Source: a virus (lineage: Duplodnaviria > Caudoviricetes). Taken from it: DNA of 27,760 bases. The notes beneath the pieces were generated by a model. It saw nothing but the letters and a program-made list of their open reading frames with translations. It did no database searches and was not told the origin of the DNA. The DNA lies in IMG/VR virus record IMGVR_UViG_3300012172_000198, positions 1 to 27,760 of that record; one strand, given 5' to 3'. Positions within the stretch are counted from its first letter, which is position 1, and each line of letters starts with the position of its first letter. Made by a program: the position numbers and the translations under genes. Below, piece by piece: positions 9,211 through 18,674 of the stretch.

Positions 9211-11202
9211 ATGCGCGCGGTCTCGGACGCCTGGGCGCCGCTCGTGGCCATATACCGGCAAGGGCTGGGGGTGGAAGACTTCCTCGCCGTCCTCCTGCCC
9301 AGCCGCAACCTGGCGCTCACGGCCCGGCCCTGGCCCGATGGGTGGCTCCCTGCCGGGATGCTCGTCTACCCGTACCTCGCGCCCATGGGCCAGGGGGTGG
9401 GCGCCATCAGTATCGAGCTGGCCGACGATCGCTCCTCCCGGCTGGGCACGGTACAGTGCCAGGTGCGCGTGCAGGCCGGGCAGGTCGGAGCGCCCCTGGA
9501 CGCCGTACAACGCCTCCTGCTCACCCTCAGTGAACAGCCAGCGGTGGTGTGGGGGGGGTTTCTGGGCGGCGCGGCGCATACGGACAGCCAGATCCTCACG
9601 CTCTTTAGCGGCCGGGTGCAGGCGCCGCGCCTGACGCGTGGCCTGCTCACGTTCACGATTGTCGATGGCAGCGCGCAAGATCACCGCGACATCGAAGTGC
9701 CGCTCGGCACCAGCGTCTTTCCCGGGGCACCGCTCGAGGCCCATGGACTGACCATTCCCCTCATTATCGGGACCGCGCTCGGGGTGTCGCCAACGCTGGT
9801 CTCGTCGGTCGCCACCGGCACGCTCGCGACCCCGCTGCCGGCCGCGGCCGTGGAGGCCATCAACCTGGAGGAAACGGGCGCGAACTTCCCGGCAGCCGGG
9901 GCGATCGTGGTGGGTGGCGAGACGATCACCTACAGCGGCCGACGGGTCGGGCTGCTCCTCGATGGCGCCTCCGCGCTGCAACTGCTGGCGCCCGTGCGCA
10001 GCGCGCCAGCGGCCCATCTGGCTGGCGCGGCGGTGACGCTGGCGCCGCCGATCATCTACCGCTACCTCATTGGGCTGGGTCTCACGCCGCTGGAGCTGCT
10101 GGCGGTGCGCGATCAGGACGGGGTGATCGACACCTCTACGTTCGTGACCGACCCGCCGGGGCTCCCGGCCGGGACCGCGGTGCTCGAACTGCCCACGGCG
10201 CACGAGGGCGTGCAGGTGGATGTGCAGGTGATCCCGGTCCCGCCCCTCCCCCCCCTCCTCAACGGAGGCTTTGAGATGGGCACGCTGGCGCCCTGGACAC
10301 CGCTCCCAGGGACGACCGCAGCCGTGGTGCTCCAGGCGGTCCAGGCCGGGTCCTACAAGCTGCAGCTCCAGGAGGTGGGAACCGTACTGGTGGGTGTCAC
10401 GCAAGACGTCGCAGTCGAGGTGGGCGAGCGGTATGTGGTGCTGGTCAACTGGCGCACGCCAGTGCAGGTGGAAGCGACTGACGGTGGCGCTGAAGGCGGG
10501 AATCTCCTGGAGAATGGGGATTTCACCGATCCTCCGGACCCGCCAGAGCCTCCCGAATTTCCGGAGCCGACCGCGGCGGTCTGGGAGATCGAGACGGAGG
10601 GCATGGCGCACGCGACGCCCAGCTATGAGCCCCCGCCCCCGGACCCGGAGCCCCCACCAGAGCCCCCACCAGAGCCCCCACCGCCCAGCACGGTCAACGA
10701 GCACGGCAGCCAGGTCTTTACCTTGCCCGTCAAGCCCTTGTACGAAGACGATCCGGACCCCACCTCGTCGTTTGGGTACCGGGCCGCGGGCTATGCCTCC
10801 TACCGGGCGACCATGGAGCAACCACTGACGCTCGCGCCCGGGCAGACGGTGGCACTGGATGTGCGCGTGTCCGCCTTTCTGTGGGCTGGGCGCACGGACG
10901 TGGTCTACGCCGCCGCGGGGGGCGCCCTGGGCGTCACGCTCGGCAGCCTCCCGCCGCTCAGTGAAGTCACGGTCGAGGTCCAGCTGTGGCCGGTGCCTGG
11001 GGGCGGGCGGCCGGAGTATCAACGCTATCTGCAACCCGACCAGCCGGCGGGCCCGTCTGGGAGGCAGGCCGAGTTTCGCTTGCAGAGCACCGTCACGCCG
11101 GTGGGCGGGGAGTACCGCTTCGTCATCGCGATCAGTGGGCGCTATATTGGCCAGATTCCCCCGATTGAGGTCACCACCGCCGTGGTCTCGGTCGCCCCGT
11201 AG
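9211..11202 (+). CDS. Baseplate hub/tail tip protein, N-terminal part, with CBM-like domains and Pro-rich linkers
   Basis: ATG 9211 two bases after the Dit stop; LFSGRV and IPLIIG hub-like motifs; LLNGGFE.G and NLLENGDF CBM4/9-like starts. Confidence 0.75.
   Translation: MRAVSDAWAPLVAIYRQGLGVEDFLAVLLPSRNLALTARPWPDGWLPAGMLVYPYLAPMGQGVGAISIELADDRSSRLGTVQCQVRVQAGQVGAPLDAVQRLLLTLSEQPAVVWGGFLGGAAHTDSQILTLFSGRVQAPRLTRGLLTFTIVDGSAQDHRDIEVPLGTSVFPGAPLEAHGLTIPLIIGTALGVSPTLVSSVATGTLATPLPAAAVEAINLEETGANFPAAGAIVVGGETITYSGRRVGLLLDGASALQLLAPVRSAPAAHLAGAAVTLAPPIIYRYLIGLGLTPLELLAVRDQDGVIDTSTFVTDPPGLPAGTAVLELPTAHEGVQVDVQVIPVPPLPPLLNGGFEMGTLAPWTPLPGTTAAVVLQAVQAGSYKLQLQEVGTVLVGVTQDVAVEVGERYVVLVNWRTPVQVEATDGGAEGGNLLENGDFTDPPDPPEPPEFPEPTAAVWEIETEGMAHATPSYEPPPPDPEPPPEPPPEPPPPSTVNEHGSQVFTLPVKPLYEDDPDPTSSFGYRAAGYASYRATMEQPLTLAPGQTVALDVRVSAFLWAGRTDVVYAAAGGALGVTLGSLPPLSEVTVEVQLWPVPGGGRPEYQRYLQPDQPAGPSGRQAEFRLQSTVTPVGGEYRFVIAISGRYIGQIPPIEVTTAVVSVAP
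10625..10690 (+). repeat. GAGCCCCCACCA-type tandem repeat encoding a Pro/Glu linker
   Basis: EPPPPDPEPPPEPPPEPPPP; three near-identical 12-bp units at 10648-10683. Confidence 0.85.
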
Positions 11203-11211
11203 GAGCAGCAC

Positions 11212-13500
11212 GTGGCAGAGGACAGTCGGCAAGGGAGCGGCATCATCTACCTCGGCACCCCAGCGAACCCGACGCTGTACACCGCCCGCGTGCTGCGCGG
11301 ACCATCTGAGTGGCAGCGACTCGCCGTGGCCTTCGTCGCGACGGCGCCGACGGTGCGCATCTCCCTGCTTGGTCAGGCGTCGAGTGCCGGGAAGACGGTC
11401 GAGTATGACGGTATCCGGTTCCTGCCGCCCGGCCGCAATCCCGTGCTCCTCATGGCCGCCATCTTTGCCCGCTTCCTGCCCCATCTCACGCTCGATCCGG
11501 TCAGTGTGCAGGTCGCGGCCGATCGCCGCAACGAGTGGCTCTTTAGTGGCTATATCCCCGATCCAGGGCGGACCGATGCGCTGCTCACCCGCATGTCGCA
11601 GGAATGCTTCTGTACCGTCTTCAAGGACCTGGACGGTGTCTACAAGATCACGGCCGATGATCCGGACCACCTGGCCGTGCTGCATCTCGACAGCCAGCAC
11701 GACATTGTCCAGGAGACGCTGGAGGTGCAGGGGCTGCCCATGGACCAGGTCTACACGGATTTTTACCTGTGGTATCAGCGCGTTACGACGCAGGTCACCA
11801 CCAGCCAGGCCGGGCAGTATGCGGCAGTCATCTACGTCACCCCGGACGACTCGATCAGCCAGTACGCCGAACTCCAGACCTTGTGCAGCCAGGCGGCCTC
11901 GACCCTCCAGACGCGCGCGCGCTTTGACTTCTACAGTGATTTCATTGCCGATCCGGCCACCGCCGATTTGCTGCTGTCCCGGTTCGTGCGCCAACTCAGT
12001 GTGCTCAGGCGGGAGGTCGCGCTCCAGGCGGCGCTGCCGGCGCTGCCCCTGAGTCTCACCGACCACGTCGCCGTGCGTGCGCCGCTCATGGGGCAACAAC
12101 CCTTTGTCGGCGAGATGCGCCGGTACGCGTTGGCCTTCACGGCGCAGGCCCCCGGGCTCGGGCTGGGACTCACGCTGCGGGAATCCGGGTTGGTGCGTGG
12201 CGTGTGGGAGACGTGGGACGTGGGCGGGTTGACGCCGAGCGGCGACCCCGCGGACCCAGGCGGCCCAACGGACCCAGGCGGCCCCAGGGGCCCCATGGGC
12301 CCCCCCGGCGCGGCGCGGGTGCGCGAGCGCTGGGACGCGGACGATGGGCCGGGGCCAGGGGACGATCCCTGGCACCACCAGGCGACGTTGCCCATTCCGC
12401 TGCTGGCTGCACTCATGCGCCTGGTCGATACCGAGGCCGGGGTCACCGACTTGCTCGGGGCGGGAGGCCTGCCCGGTTCGGCGCAGGCCCCGGTCTGGCG
12501 CTCCTCCGACGTGGGCGGCGCGTCCCGCACGGACTGGACGCCGGCCCTGACACCGGTCGGGGGTGGCGACGGCACGGCGCTCGGCATCTTCAGTGATGAG
12601 GTCAGTGATCCTACCCAGACGTTGCGTCCAGTCTATGCGCCCATCCACCCCACGAGCAGTCCTGGGGCGTCGGAGGTCTGGCGGCTGGATGCGGCATTTT
12701 TTGCCACGCCAACGCTGGCCTGTCCGCTGCCAGGGGGCACGGTCGTGACGGCCATGCTGGAGAATGCGGGCAGCCTGTTTCTGGGCACCAGCGCGGGCGA
12801 CGTCTATCGCTGGACGCCGCCCGCGACCCCGTCTCTGGTGCTCAGTACGACGGGCGACGCCGTGCGCAGCCTGTCCATCATGCGTCTCAATCTCTTTCCA
12901 GACCCGATGGCGCTGGTCGCCTTCATCGAAGCGTCAAGCGGGCTGCTGACGTATTACACCATGCGCAACGATGAGCTGGCACCCGACGTCTGGGCGCCGT
13001 ATACGTTCGAGGGGCTGACCGGCACGCGCTGTTCCAATGCCCAGGAAATCCGCAACCGGATCAGTGCGGCCAACTATAGTATGATTGCCACCGGTACTGA
13101 GGCAGGCGACCGGGTGGACATGTGGGAGCTGGGGACGACGGCGGCGACGCTCGTGCGCAGCTTTACCGAACGGGGCAATCAGCGCCCAGGCGTCATCGAG
13201 GCTCTCTATATGCAGGAGGAGGACGCGTGGCCGTGGGTCTTTGTCGGGCGGCATTCCCTGAGCACCACGCCCCTGCTCAGTCTCTGGGTCTATCATCCGG
13301 GCGCGATGGCGGGTGCGCAGTGGCGGCAGTCGGCCAATTTCGCAACCAGCACCGATGGGAGTGGCGTGACGGATACGAATACGTCGATCACCGCTCTGGC
13401 GCAACTCACGCTGCACGGCAAGGTGTATGCGGCGACAGGCACGCCGCACGCAGGACCGCAGCCTGGCGCGCGGGTGTACGTGTATCCGACGCCGGATTAG
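11212..13500 (+). CDS. Baseplate hub/tail tip protein, C-terminal part, with probable beta-propeller-like distal region
   Basis: GTG after AGGAG; NP.LLM..IF...LDP.S..AA....W.FSGYI...LL..MSQE...F...DG.YKI resembles the core of gpJ-like hubs; repeated LFLGTS.GDVYRW-type blades distally. Confidence 0.7.
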   Translation: MAEDSRQGSGIIYLGTPANPTLYTARVLRGPSEWQRLAVAFVATAPTVRISLLGQASSAGKTVEYDGIRFLPPGRNPVLLMAAIFARFLPHLTLDPVSVQVAADRRNEWLFSGYIPDPGRTDALLTRMSQECFCTVFKDLDGVYKITADDPDHLAVLHLDSQHDIVQETLEVQGLPMDQVYTDFYLWYQRVTTQVTTSQAGQYAAVIYVTPDDSISQYAELQTLCSQAASTLQTRARFDFYSDFIADPATADLLLSRFVRQLSVLRREVALQAALPALPLSLTDHVAVRAPLMGQQPFVGEMRRYALAFTAQAPGLGLGLTLRESGLVRGVWETWDVGGLTPSGDPADPGGPTDPGGPRGPMGPPGAARVRERWDADDGPGPGDDPWHHQATLPIPLLAALMRLVDTEAGVTDLLGAGGLPGSAQAPVWRSSDVGGASRTDWTPALTPVGGGDGTALGIFSDEVSDPTQTLRPVYAPIHPTSSPGASEVWRLDAAFFATPTLACPLPGGTVVTAMLENAGSLFLGTSAGDVYRWTPPATPSLVLSTTGDAVRSLSIMRLNLFPDPMALVAFIEASSGLLTYYTMRNDELAPDVWAPYTFEGLTGTRCSNAQEIRNRISAANYSMIATGTEAGDRVDMWELGTTAATLVRSFTERGNQRPGVIEALYMQEEDAWPWVFVGRHSLSTTPLLSLWVYHPGAMAGAQWRQSANFATSTDGSGVTDTNTSITALAQLTLHGKVYAATGTPHAGPQPGARVYVYPTPD

Positions 13501-13508
13501 GAGACGCG

Positions 13509-14138
13509 GTGGCCTTCGCAGAGTGGGAATTTTTCTATGCGCGTGTCACGCAGCAGGCCTACCTGGATGTTGCAACACCCGTCGTCGGCAGCGGTTCGCT
13601 GCGCCTGGTCGGGTCCGCCGACGGTCCTGGCGCCATCCAGGGCCGCTGGGCGCAGGCGAGCAACCGGGGCTTTCGCCAGGGACGCGTGAGCACGCTGGTG
13701 CAACCCGTGGCGGGCGAGACAGGCCAGGACATGTACGGCGTCTACGGCGCGACGTCGCAGGACGATCTCACGGGCACAACGGGTACTGCCTACGCCGCAC
13801 TGCTGGTGGTCGGCTCGACGCCCGAGACGTGGGAGGTGCGCCTGGTGAAAGTCACGGCGGGCTTTGGCAGTCCCCTCACGGTCATGCAAACGACGCCGGT
13901 CACCATGGCCTTTGGGCAGACGCTGGCGCTGCAACTGCAGTGGCTCTCCGAGTCGTCCTTTGGGACCGCGCTGCGTGTCGCCATCGGGCGGGCGCTGGAT
14001 TACAGCGATCTGGTGGCGTGTCCCATCGTGCAGGAGCCCGGCGTGCTGCTCACCAGCTCCCAGGGCGAGGGACCACTTGCCGTGCTCACTGCGAGTGGCG
14101 ATTGCAAATTCGACCAGTCCCAGAACGAGGAAATTTGA
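13509..14138 (+). CDS. Virion-associated beta-sandwich protein, 209 aa
   Basis: GTG 13509 after AGGAG; beta-rich; lies between hub and fibre. ORF-track start 13122 overlaps the upstream gene. Confidence 0.65.
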   Translation: MAFAEWEFFYARVTQQAYLDVATPVVGSGSLRLVGSADGPGAIQGRWAQASNRGFRQGRVSTLVQPVAGETGQDMYGVYGATSQDDLTGTTGTAYAALLVVGSTPETWEVRLVKVTAGFGSPLTVMQTTPVTMAFGQTLALQLQWLSESSFGTALRVAIGRALDYSDLVACPIVQEPGVLLTSSQGEGPLAVLTASGDCKFDQSQNEEI

Positions 14139-14139
14139 C

Positions 14140-16758
14140 ATGTCCCTCACTATCACCCGTCCTGCCATTCCCGTCCCGCTGCCCCTCGCGCGCGGTGGCA
14201 CGGAAGCGACCACGCCCAGCGGCGCGCGCACGGCGCTCGAACTCGGCGATCTCGCCCTGCTCACCGCGCCCGGCGGCACGAGCACGTTCCTGCGCGCCGA
14301 TAAGACGTGGGCCGTGCCCGCCGGGGGTGGGGGAGGCGCGCCCACGGATGCCGAGTATATTACGAGTACCGTCAACGCCACTCTCAGTGCCGAACGCGTC
14401 CTGACCGACACCGCCACGATTACCTGGGACCGCACAACGTCTGGCCAGATCAAGGCCAATGCGATTGGCGGTGGGGGCTACACCGATGAGCAGGCCCAGG
14501 ATGCCGTGGGTGCCATGCTCCTCGATACGGCCACCATCGCGCTCGCGTACGCCGATGCCACCCACGCGCTCAGTGCCAGTGTGATCGACGCCAGCATTAC
14601 GGAAGCCAAGCTGGGCTTCAGTGATGTCGCTACGAAAGATGCCTCAACGACGGCGCATGGGCTGCTCAGGAAACTCTCCGGCACGGCGACGGAGTATCTC
14701 AATGGGGCGGGGGCGTGGACGACGCCAGCGAGCGGAGGGACGAACTACTGGAGTCGCACGGCCATTGCGGCGACGACGCTGGCGACAGGCTTGCTGGCGT
14801 ACTGGGATCTGGAGGAAGCGACCGGCAACCGTCTAGATGCGGTCGGCACGAATCATCTGGTCCCGACCGGGACGACCGCGCAGGTCAGTAGTGCAGCTGG
14901 CAAAATTGGCAGCGCCCTCGCCATGAACGGCACGGCAGGCACGTATCTTAGCGTGGCCGATAACGCGACGCTCTCAGCCGGAGCGAATACGAGCTTTACC
15001 CTGGCCTGCTGGGTGTATCTTGCGAGCACCGCGAGTCCCATGGGGCTTGTCGGCAAAGGCTCGGCGGCGGTCAGCACGAACAACGTTGAATACCTGTTGT
15101 GGTTCTATAATGACGCGTGGAACTTTGCGGTTGGCAGTGGCGCGAGCTTTGTCTTGCTCGCCTCCCCCACGCCGCCTGTGGCGGGGGCCTGGACGCTCCT
15201 GATTGGTTGGTACGATCATGTAGCGGATATCCAGTATCTCCAGGTCAATAATGGCACGCCGGCGCAGGTCGCCAACACGGCGGGGTCCTATGACTCGACC
15301 CTGCCCTTTGAGGTGGGGCGCACGGTCGGATTTGCCACGCAGTCGCTGAATGGCCGGATCGATATGCCGTGCTTCTGGAAGCGCGTGCTGACCGCGCAGG
15401 AACGCGCCGATCTCTGGAACAATGGCAACGGCATAGCTTATCCATTTGCGCAACCTGCGCAACTCACCACGGCCACGGCGGGGGATCAACTCTTGCTGTC
15501 CACCAGTGCGCTGACACAAGAGCGCCTGGAAGTCAGTAGCGGCATCAAGCTCGGCACCACGGCGGGACTGACCGATGGGATTATCCGCTGGACCGGCACC
15601 GACTTCGAGGGCCGCAAAGGGGGCGCCTGGGTCTCCATGACCGGTGGGGGCGGCGGGCAACCGCTCGACGCCACGTTGACCGCGCTCGCCGGACTGGCCA
15701 CGGGCGCGGACCAGCTCCCCTACGCCACCGGCGCGGATACGTTCGCCCAGACGCCGCTGACGCCCTTGGCACGCACGCTCCTGGACGATACGACGCAAGC
15801 CGCCATGCAGACGACGCTGGCGCTGGTGCCTGGCACGCATGTGCAGGCGCAGGACGCCGAACTCCAGGCCCTGGCGGGGCTCACGAGCGCGGCGGATCGC
15901 CTCCCCTACTTTACCGGGCTGGGCACGGCGGCGCTCACGGCGTTCACGGCGGCGGGGCGCTCGCTCGCGGGGGCGGCAGATGCGGCGGCGCAACGCACGG
16001 CGCTGGCGCTGGGCACGATGGCGACGCAGGACGCGAGCGCGGTGGCGATTACGGGGGGAACGGCGCTCAACATGACGCAGGTCACGGGCGCCGATGTCCA
16101 AGGGAGCCTGCTCACCGGCAATAGTGGGGTGGGGGTCGCGGAAGTGGCCCAAGCTGGCCGCTTTATCTCTGCCGTCCGGGGGATTTTTCGTGAAAACCTG
16201 GGGGTGGGGAACATCGAGCCCACCGTGCCGCTCGATGTGAACGGGAATACCTACCTACGTGGCCTGCTCGGCCTGAATGTCGCGCCCCATCCACAGGCGT
16301 ATCTGAATGTCCTCTGGAATAAGGCCACGACTCATGGCATGTGGTTGCAGCAGACGGTCGATACGGGGGCAGCCTCGGCGGTCATTTTTGCCAATGCTGC
16401 CGGCGCCGCTGTCGGTAGCATTAGCACGTCGGCGAGCGCGACGGGCTACAACACCTCCTCCGACGTACGCCTCAAGCACGCCATCGCCACGCTCACCGGC
16501 GCGCTAGAACGTGTGCGGGCGCTACGGCCAGTGGCGTTTCGCTGGAACGCGAACGACGAGCTGGGCGTCGGTTTCCTGGCGCACGAGCTGCAGCAGGTGG
16601 TTCCGGAAGCGGTGACCGGCGAGCCGGACGCCGTGAACGACGATGGCAGCGTGAAGCCGCAACAGGTGGATGCCAGCAAGATCGTGGCATGGGCCATTGC
16701 GGCCATGCAAGAACTCGCAGCACGCGTGCAGGCGCTCGAAGAGGCCCTGGGCGTGTAG
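14140..16758 (+). CDS. Tail fibre with LamG/ConA-like domain and C-terminal intramolecular chaperone (peptidase S74)
   Basis: LPLARGGT fibre motif; GLLAYWDLEE..GKIGSAL..SFTLACWVY..LNGRID (LamG_3-like); two LDATLTALAGL..ADQLPY repeats; SDVRLKH..ALERVRALRPV.F.W..GFLAHELQQVVPEAV. Confidence 0.9.
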   Translation: MSLTITRPAIPVPLPLARGGTEATTPSGARTALELGDLALLTAPGGTSTFLRADKTWAVPAGGGGGAPTDAEYITSTVNATLSAERVLTDTATITWDRTTSGQIKANAIGGGGYTDEQAQDAVGAMLLDTATIALAYADATHALSASVIDASITEAKLGFSDVATKDASTTAHGLLRKLSGTATEYLNGAGAWTTPASGGTNYWSRTAIAATTLATGLLAYWDLEEATGNRLDAVGTNHLVPTGTTAQVSSAAGKIGSALAMNGTAGTYLSVADNATLSAGANTSFTLACWVYLASTASPMGLVGKGSAAVSTNNVEYLLWFYNDAWNFAVGSGASFVLLASPTPPVAGAWTLLIGWYDHVADIQYLQVNNGTPAQVANTAGSYDSTLPFEVGRTVGFATQSLNGRIDMPCFWKRVLTAQERADLWNNGNGIAYPFAQPAQLTTATAGDQLLLSTSALTQERLEVSSGIKLGTTAGLTDGIIRWTGTDFEGRKGGAWVSMTGGGGGQPLDATLTALAGLATGADQLPYATGADTFAQTPLTPLARTLLDDTTQAAMQTTLALVPGTHVQAQDAELQALAGLTSAADRLPYFTGLGTAALTAFTAAGRSLAGAADAAAQRTALALGTMATQDASAVAITGGTALNMTQVTGADVQGSLLTGNSGVGVAEVAQAGRFISAVRGIFRENLGVGNIEPTVPLDVNGNTYLRGLLGLNVAPHPQAYLNVLWNKATTHGMWLQQTVDTGAASAVIFANAAGAAVGSISTSASATGYNTSSDVRLKHAIATLTGALERVRALRPVAFRWNANDELGVGFLAHELQQVVPEAVTGEPDAVNDDGSVKPQQVDASKIVAWAIAAMQELAARVQALEEALGV

Positions 16759-16771
16759 AAAGGATGTTCGT

Positions 16772-17059
16772 ATGCCGATCTCCCAGCTCGAAAAAGATAC
16801 CCTGGCGAAATCGTTTGCCGTGGCCAAAACCCTCCTCCTCGATCTGCAGCCCAAGCTCGCCGCCCTGGCGCAGCTCTATGATAGCGAGGGCGGCGTCAAA
16901 ACCACCCTGACGCAGGAAGACCTGGACGAGCTGCCCGAACTCTCCGGCTTGACGACCACGCAGGTGGAGCATGGGCTGTACGCGCTCACCACCGTGATTC
17001 TTCCAGGCATTGTGAGTGGCTATCCAGCATTAGCCCAATTAAGTGCAAGATTTCTATGA
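16772..17059 (+). CDS. Hypothetical protein, 95 aa
   Basis: ATG after AAGGA; high GC3; ATGA-coupled to the next gene. Confidence 0.7.
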   Translation: MPISQLEKDTLAKSFAVAKTLLLDLQPKLAALAQLYDSEGGVKTTLTQEDLDELPELSGLTTTQVEHGLYALTTVILPGIVSGYPALAQLSARFL

Positions 17060-17325
17060 GCACGCTACGCCCCGCTGCCGAAGCGCGCCTGGTCAGGTTG
17101 CGCGCTGAACTCGCCACCGGGCAGGACGCCCTCGCGCAGCTCGACACGCGGCGCACCGCGCTGAGCGAGATGCTGCTGCGGATTGCCGGCGCGGTGCAGG
17201 TCCTGGAAGAGATCCTCGCGACCCCCGAACCGGCGGACCCGTCTGCGCACGGCGCCGCGCCAGAGGAGACAACGCCATGCCCGAACCTCAACGCGGAAGA
17301 GCGTACGAGTTCTCGCTCACCTTGA
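17056..17325 (+). CDS. Small coiled-coil protein
   Basis: Heptad pattern RLVRLRAEL..LAQLD..LLRIAGAVQVLEEIL. Confidence 0.7.
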   Translation: MSTLRPAAEARLVRLRAELATGQDALAQLDTRRTALSEMLLRIAGAVQVLEEILATPEPADPSAHGAAPEETTPCPNLNAEERTSSRSP

Positions 17326-17915
17326 TCGCCACGGCGACGGGCCAGCTGCTCGCGAGTCCCCCGCTCGCCGCCGGGGATTTTCGCGTGAGTAAAGATCACG
17401 GCGCCCTCACCACGCTCGCCACCCTGCCCACCGTCGCGCCGGCAGGCTCCGCCCTCGTGCGCGTGCAGCTCTCGGCGACGGAGATGACCGCAGACCAGGT
17501 GGATGTCCTGGCGCATGATCCGGACGGCGTCTGGGAGGACGTCCACGTCCAGATCCAGCCCACCCTCACGCTCGGCAGCGATAGCCGCGTGCTGCTCTCC
17601 AGCGACGCGCAGCCCGCCCTGACGCTGGCGGTGGGCGCGATCACCGCGGCGCAGCTCGCCCTCGACGCGTGCCAAAAGATCGCCGACATCCTCGCCAGAC
17701 GCCACACCAGCGCCATCGAGGCCTCGGGGAACGGGGAAGCGCTGGACGTGAATTCCCTTTACGGCGCGCTGGCCATGACGACCGGACACAAACGCGACAC
17801 CACGACGCACGCGGACGCGCTGACGGTCTTTCAGTCCAACGGCACGACGGAGCTGGCCCAGGTCCCCTTGCAGACGGACGTGGATGCGCAGCCGATCGTC
17901 GAGGTCGGGGGATAA
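17277..17915 (+). CDS. Putative virion structural protein, 212 aa
   Basis: GAGGAG SD; beta-rich N-domain (GDFRVSKDHGA..LSATEMTAD); last gene of the tail block. Confidence 0.65.
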   Translation: MPEPQRGRAYEFSLTLIATATGQLLASPPLAAGDFRVSKDHGALTTLATLPTVAPAGSALVRVQLSATEMTADQVDVLAHDPDGVWEDVHVQIQPTLTLGSDSRVLLSSDAQPALTLAVGAITAAQLALDACQKIADILARRHTSAIEASGNGEALDVNSLYGALAMTTGHKRDTTTHADALTVFQSNGTTELAQVPLQTDVDAQPIVEVGG

Positions 17916-17933
17916 CGGCGCAGAGGAGACCGC

Positions 17934-18002
17934 GTGGCCGAACAGACACCCGCACAGGCGCCCACGCCACGCACGACGCTCAGGCTTTCTTTGTGGCAAT
18001 AG
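17934..18002 (+). pseudogene. Orphan 5' stub of the 18675 gene, cut off by HNH insertion
   Basis: GAGGAG SD + GTG gives MAEQTPAQAPTPRTT, then runs into the HNH antisense strand; resembles MSKQTTESSSAPVPGPSSAT. Confidence 0.55.
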
Positions 18003-18567
18003 TCAAGAGCAACGGTTGCACGGGGACGATGGGAGACCCGAGCCGCTTGCGGGAATTACACGAGCCACAGGCTGGAACCACATTGGCTAATGTATGACTT
18101 CCTCCTCTGGCGAGGGGCGTGATATGGTCCTGGGTTAAATGTGCCTGTTTGTGCCCACAATAGACGCACCGATAATCATAGGCTGCTTTTATTTCACGCC
18201 ATTGTTCTTTGGTTAAATCGTTGAGCGGAGCATTGAGCAGACGTGCTTTGCGCCGTGCTTGGTGCTCTAAATATTGGTCTTTGTGGGATAAGTAATACTC
18301 ACGATAATATTGTTGCATGTGTTCTTGATGTAGAACACGCCATTCACGATTTCTCTGAACAATGTATGACATTCGTGCTTTATTATGCGTGTGTTGCTGC
18401 TGGAGAATCTTGGACGTGTTATTTTCATAATAACGCTTTTGTTTGGCACGTATTTCTTCGCGCTTTGCTTCATACCGTGCTTTATGTTGCGCAAGAAATT
18501 CGGCTTTTCGCGCTTGGTAGCGAGTAGCACGATACGCACGTCCGGCCTCTGGATCTTTGAAAGGCAT
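17980..18567 (-). CDS. HNH endonuclease (free-standing, homing-type), 195 aa
   Basis: CVYCG...LTQDHITPLARGGSHTLANVVPACGSCNSRK; basic helical N-terminal repeats; visibly AT-rich; GGAGG SD. Confidence 0.93.
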   Translation of the reverse strand: MPFKDPEAGRAYRATRYQARKAEFLAQHKARYEAKREEIRAKQKRYYENNTSKILQQQHTHNKARMSYIVQRNREWRVLHQEHMQQYYREYYLSHKDQYLEHQARRKARLLNAPLNDLTKEQWREIKAAYDYRCVYCGHKQAHLTQDHITPLARGGSHTLANVVPACGSCNSRKRLGSPIVPVQPLLLTIATKKA

Positions 18568-18668
18568 ACCACCTCCTATATGGTGTATGAGTCTGGTGTC
18601 AGGTCCAGAGGTGTATAGGCACCTCTGGCAAGGAGCTAGCTAGGCTCACCTGACCTATAAAAGTATGG
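18563..18668 (-). promoter_or_regulatory. Structured leader of the HNH gene (three-way junction plus SD-sequestering hairpin)
   Basis: Minus strand: GTCAGGT/ACCTGAC closing GAGC/GCTC and CCAGAGGTG/CACCTCTGG stems (18598-18654); CATACACC pairs with GGTGGTATG over the SD and start. Confidence 0.6.
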
Positions 18669-18674
18669 CATAAT

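Noticed and set aside
8989-12648. 1219-aa minus-strand ORF, and similar long antisense ORFs (6494..8095, 2581..3711, 14974..16152)
   Set aside because: Shadow frames of high-GC3 plus-strand tail genes; Arg/Gly-rich with no motifs.
15655-16020. Repeated segment in the fibre gene as a DGR template/variable repeat
   Set aside because: It is a protein-level fibre repeat with differences not confined to adenines, and no reverse transcriptase is present.
324-16758. Genome-wide TAG reassignment, since most tail genes end in TAG and several junctions are in frame
   Set aside because: Many junctions are out of frame, genes have normal lengths, and TAGGAG doubles as stop plus SD. No suppressor tRNA was seen. 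Only the 11200 case is kept.
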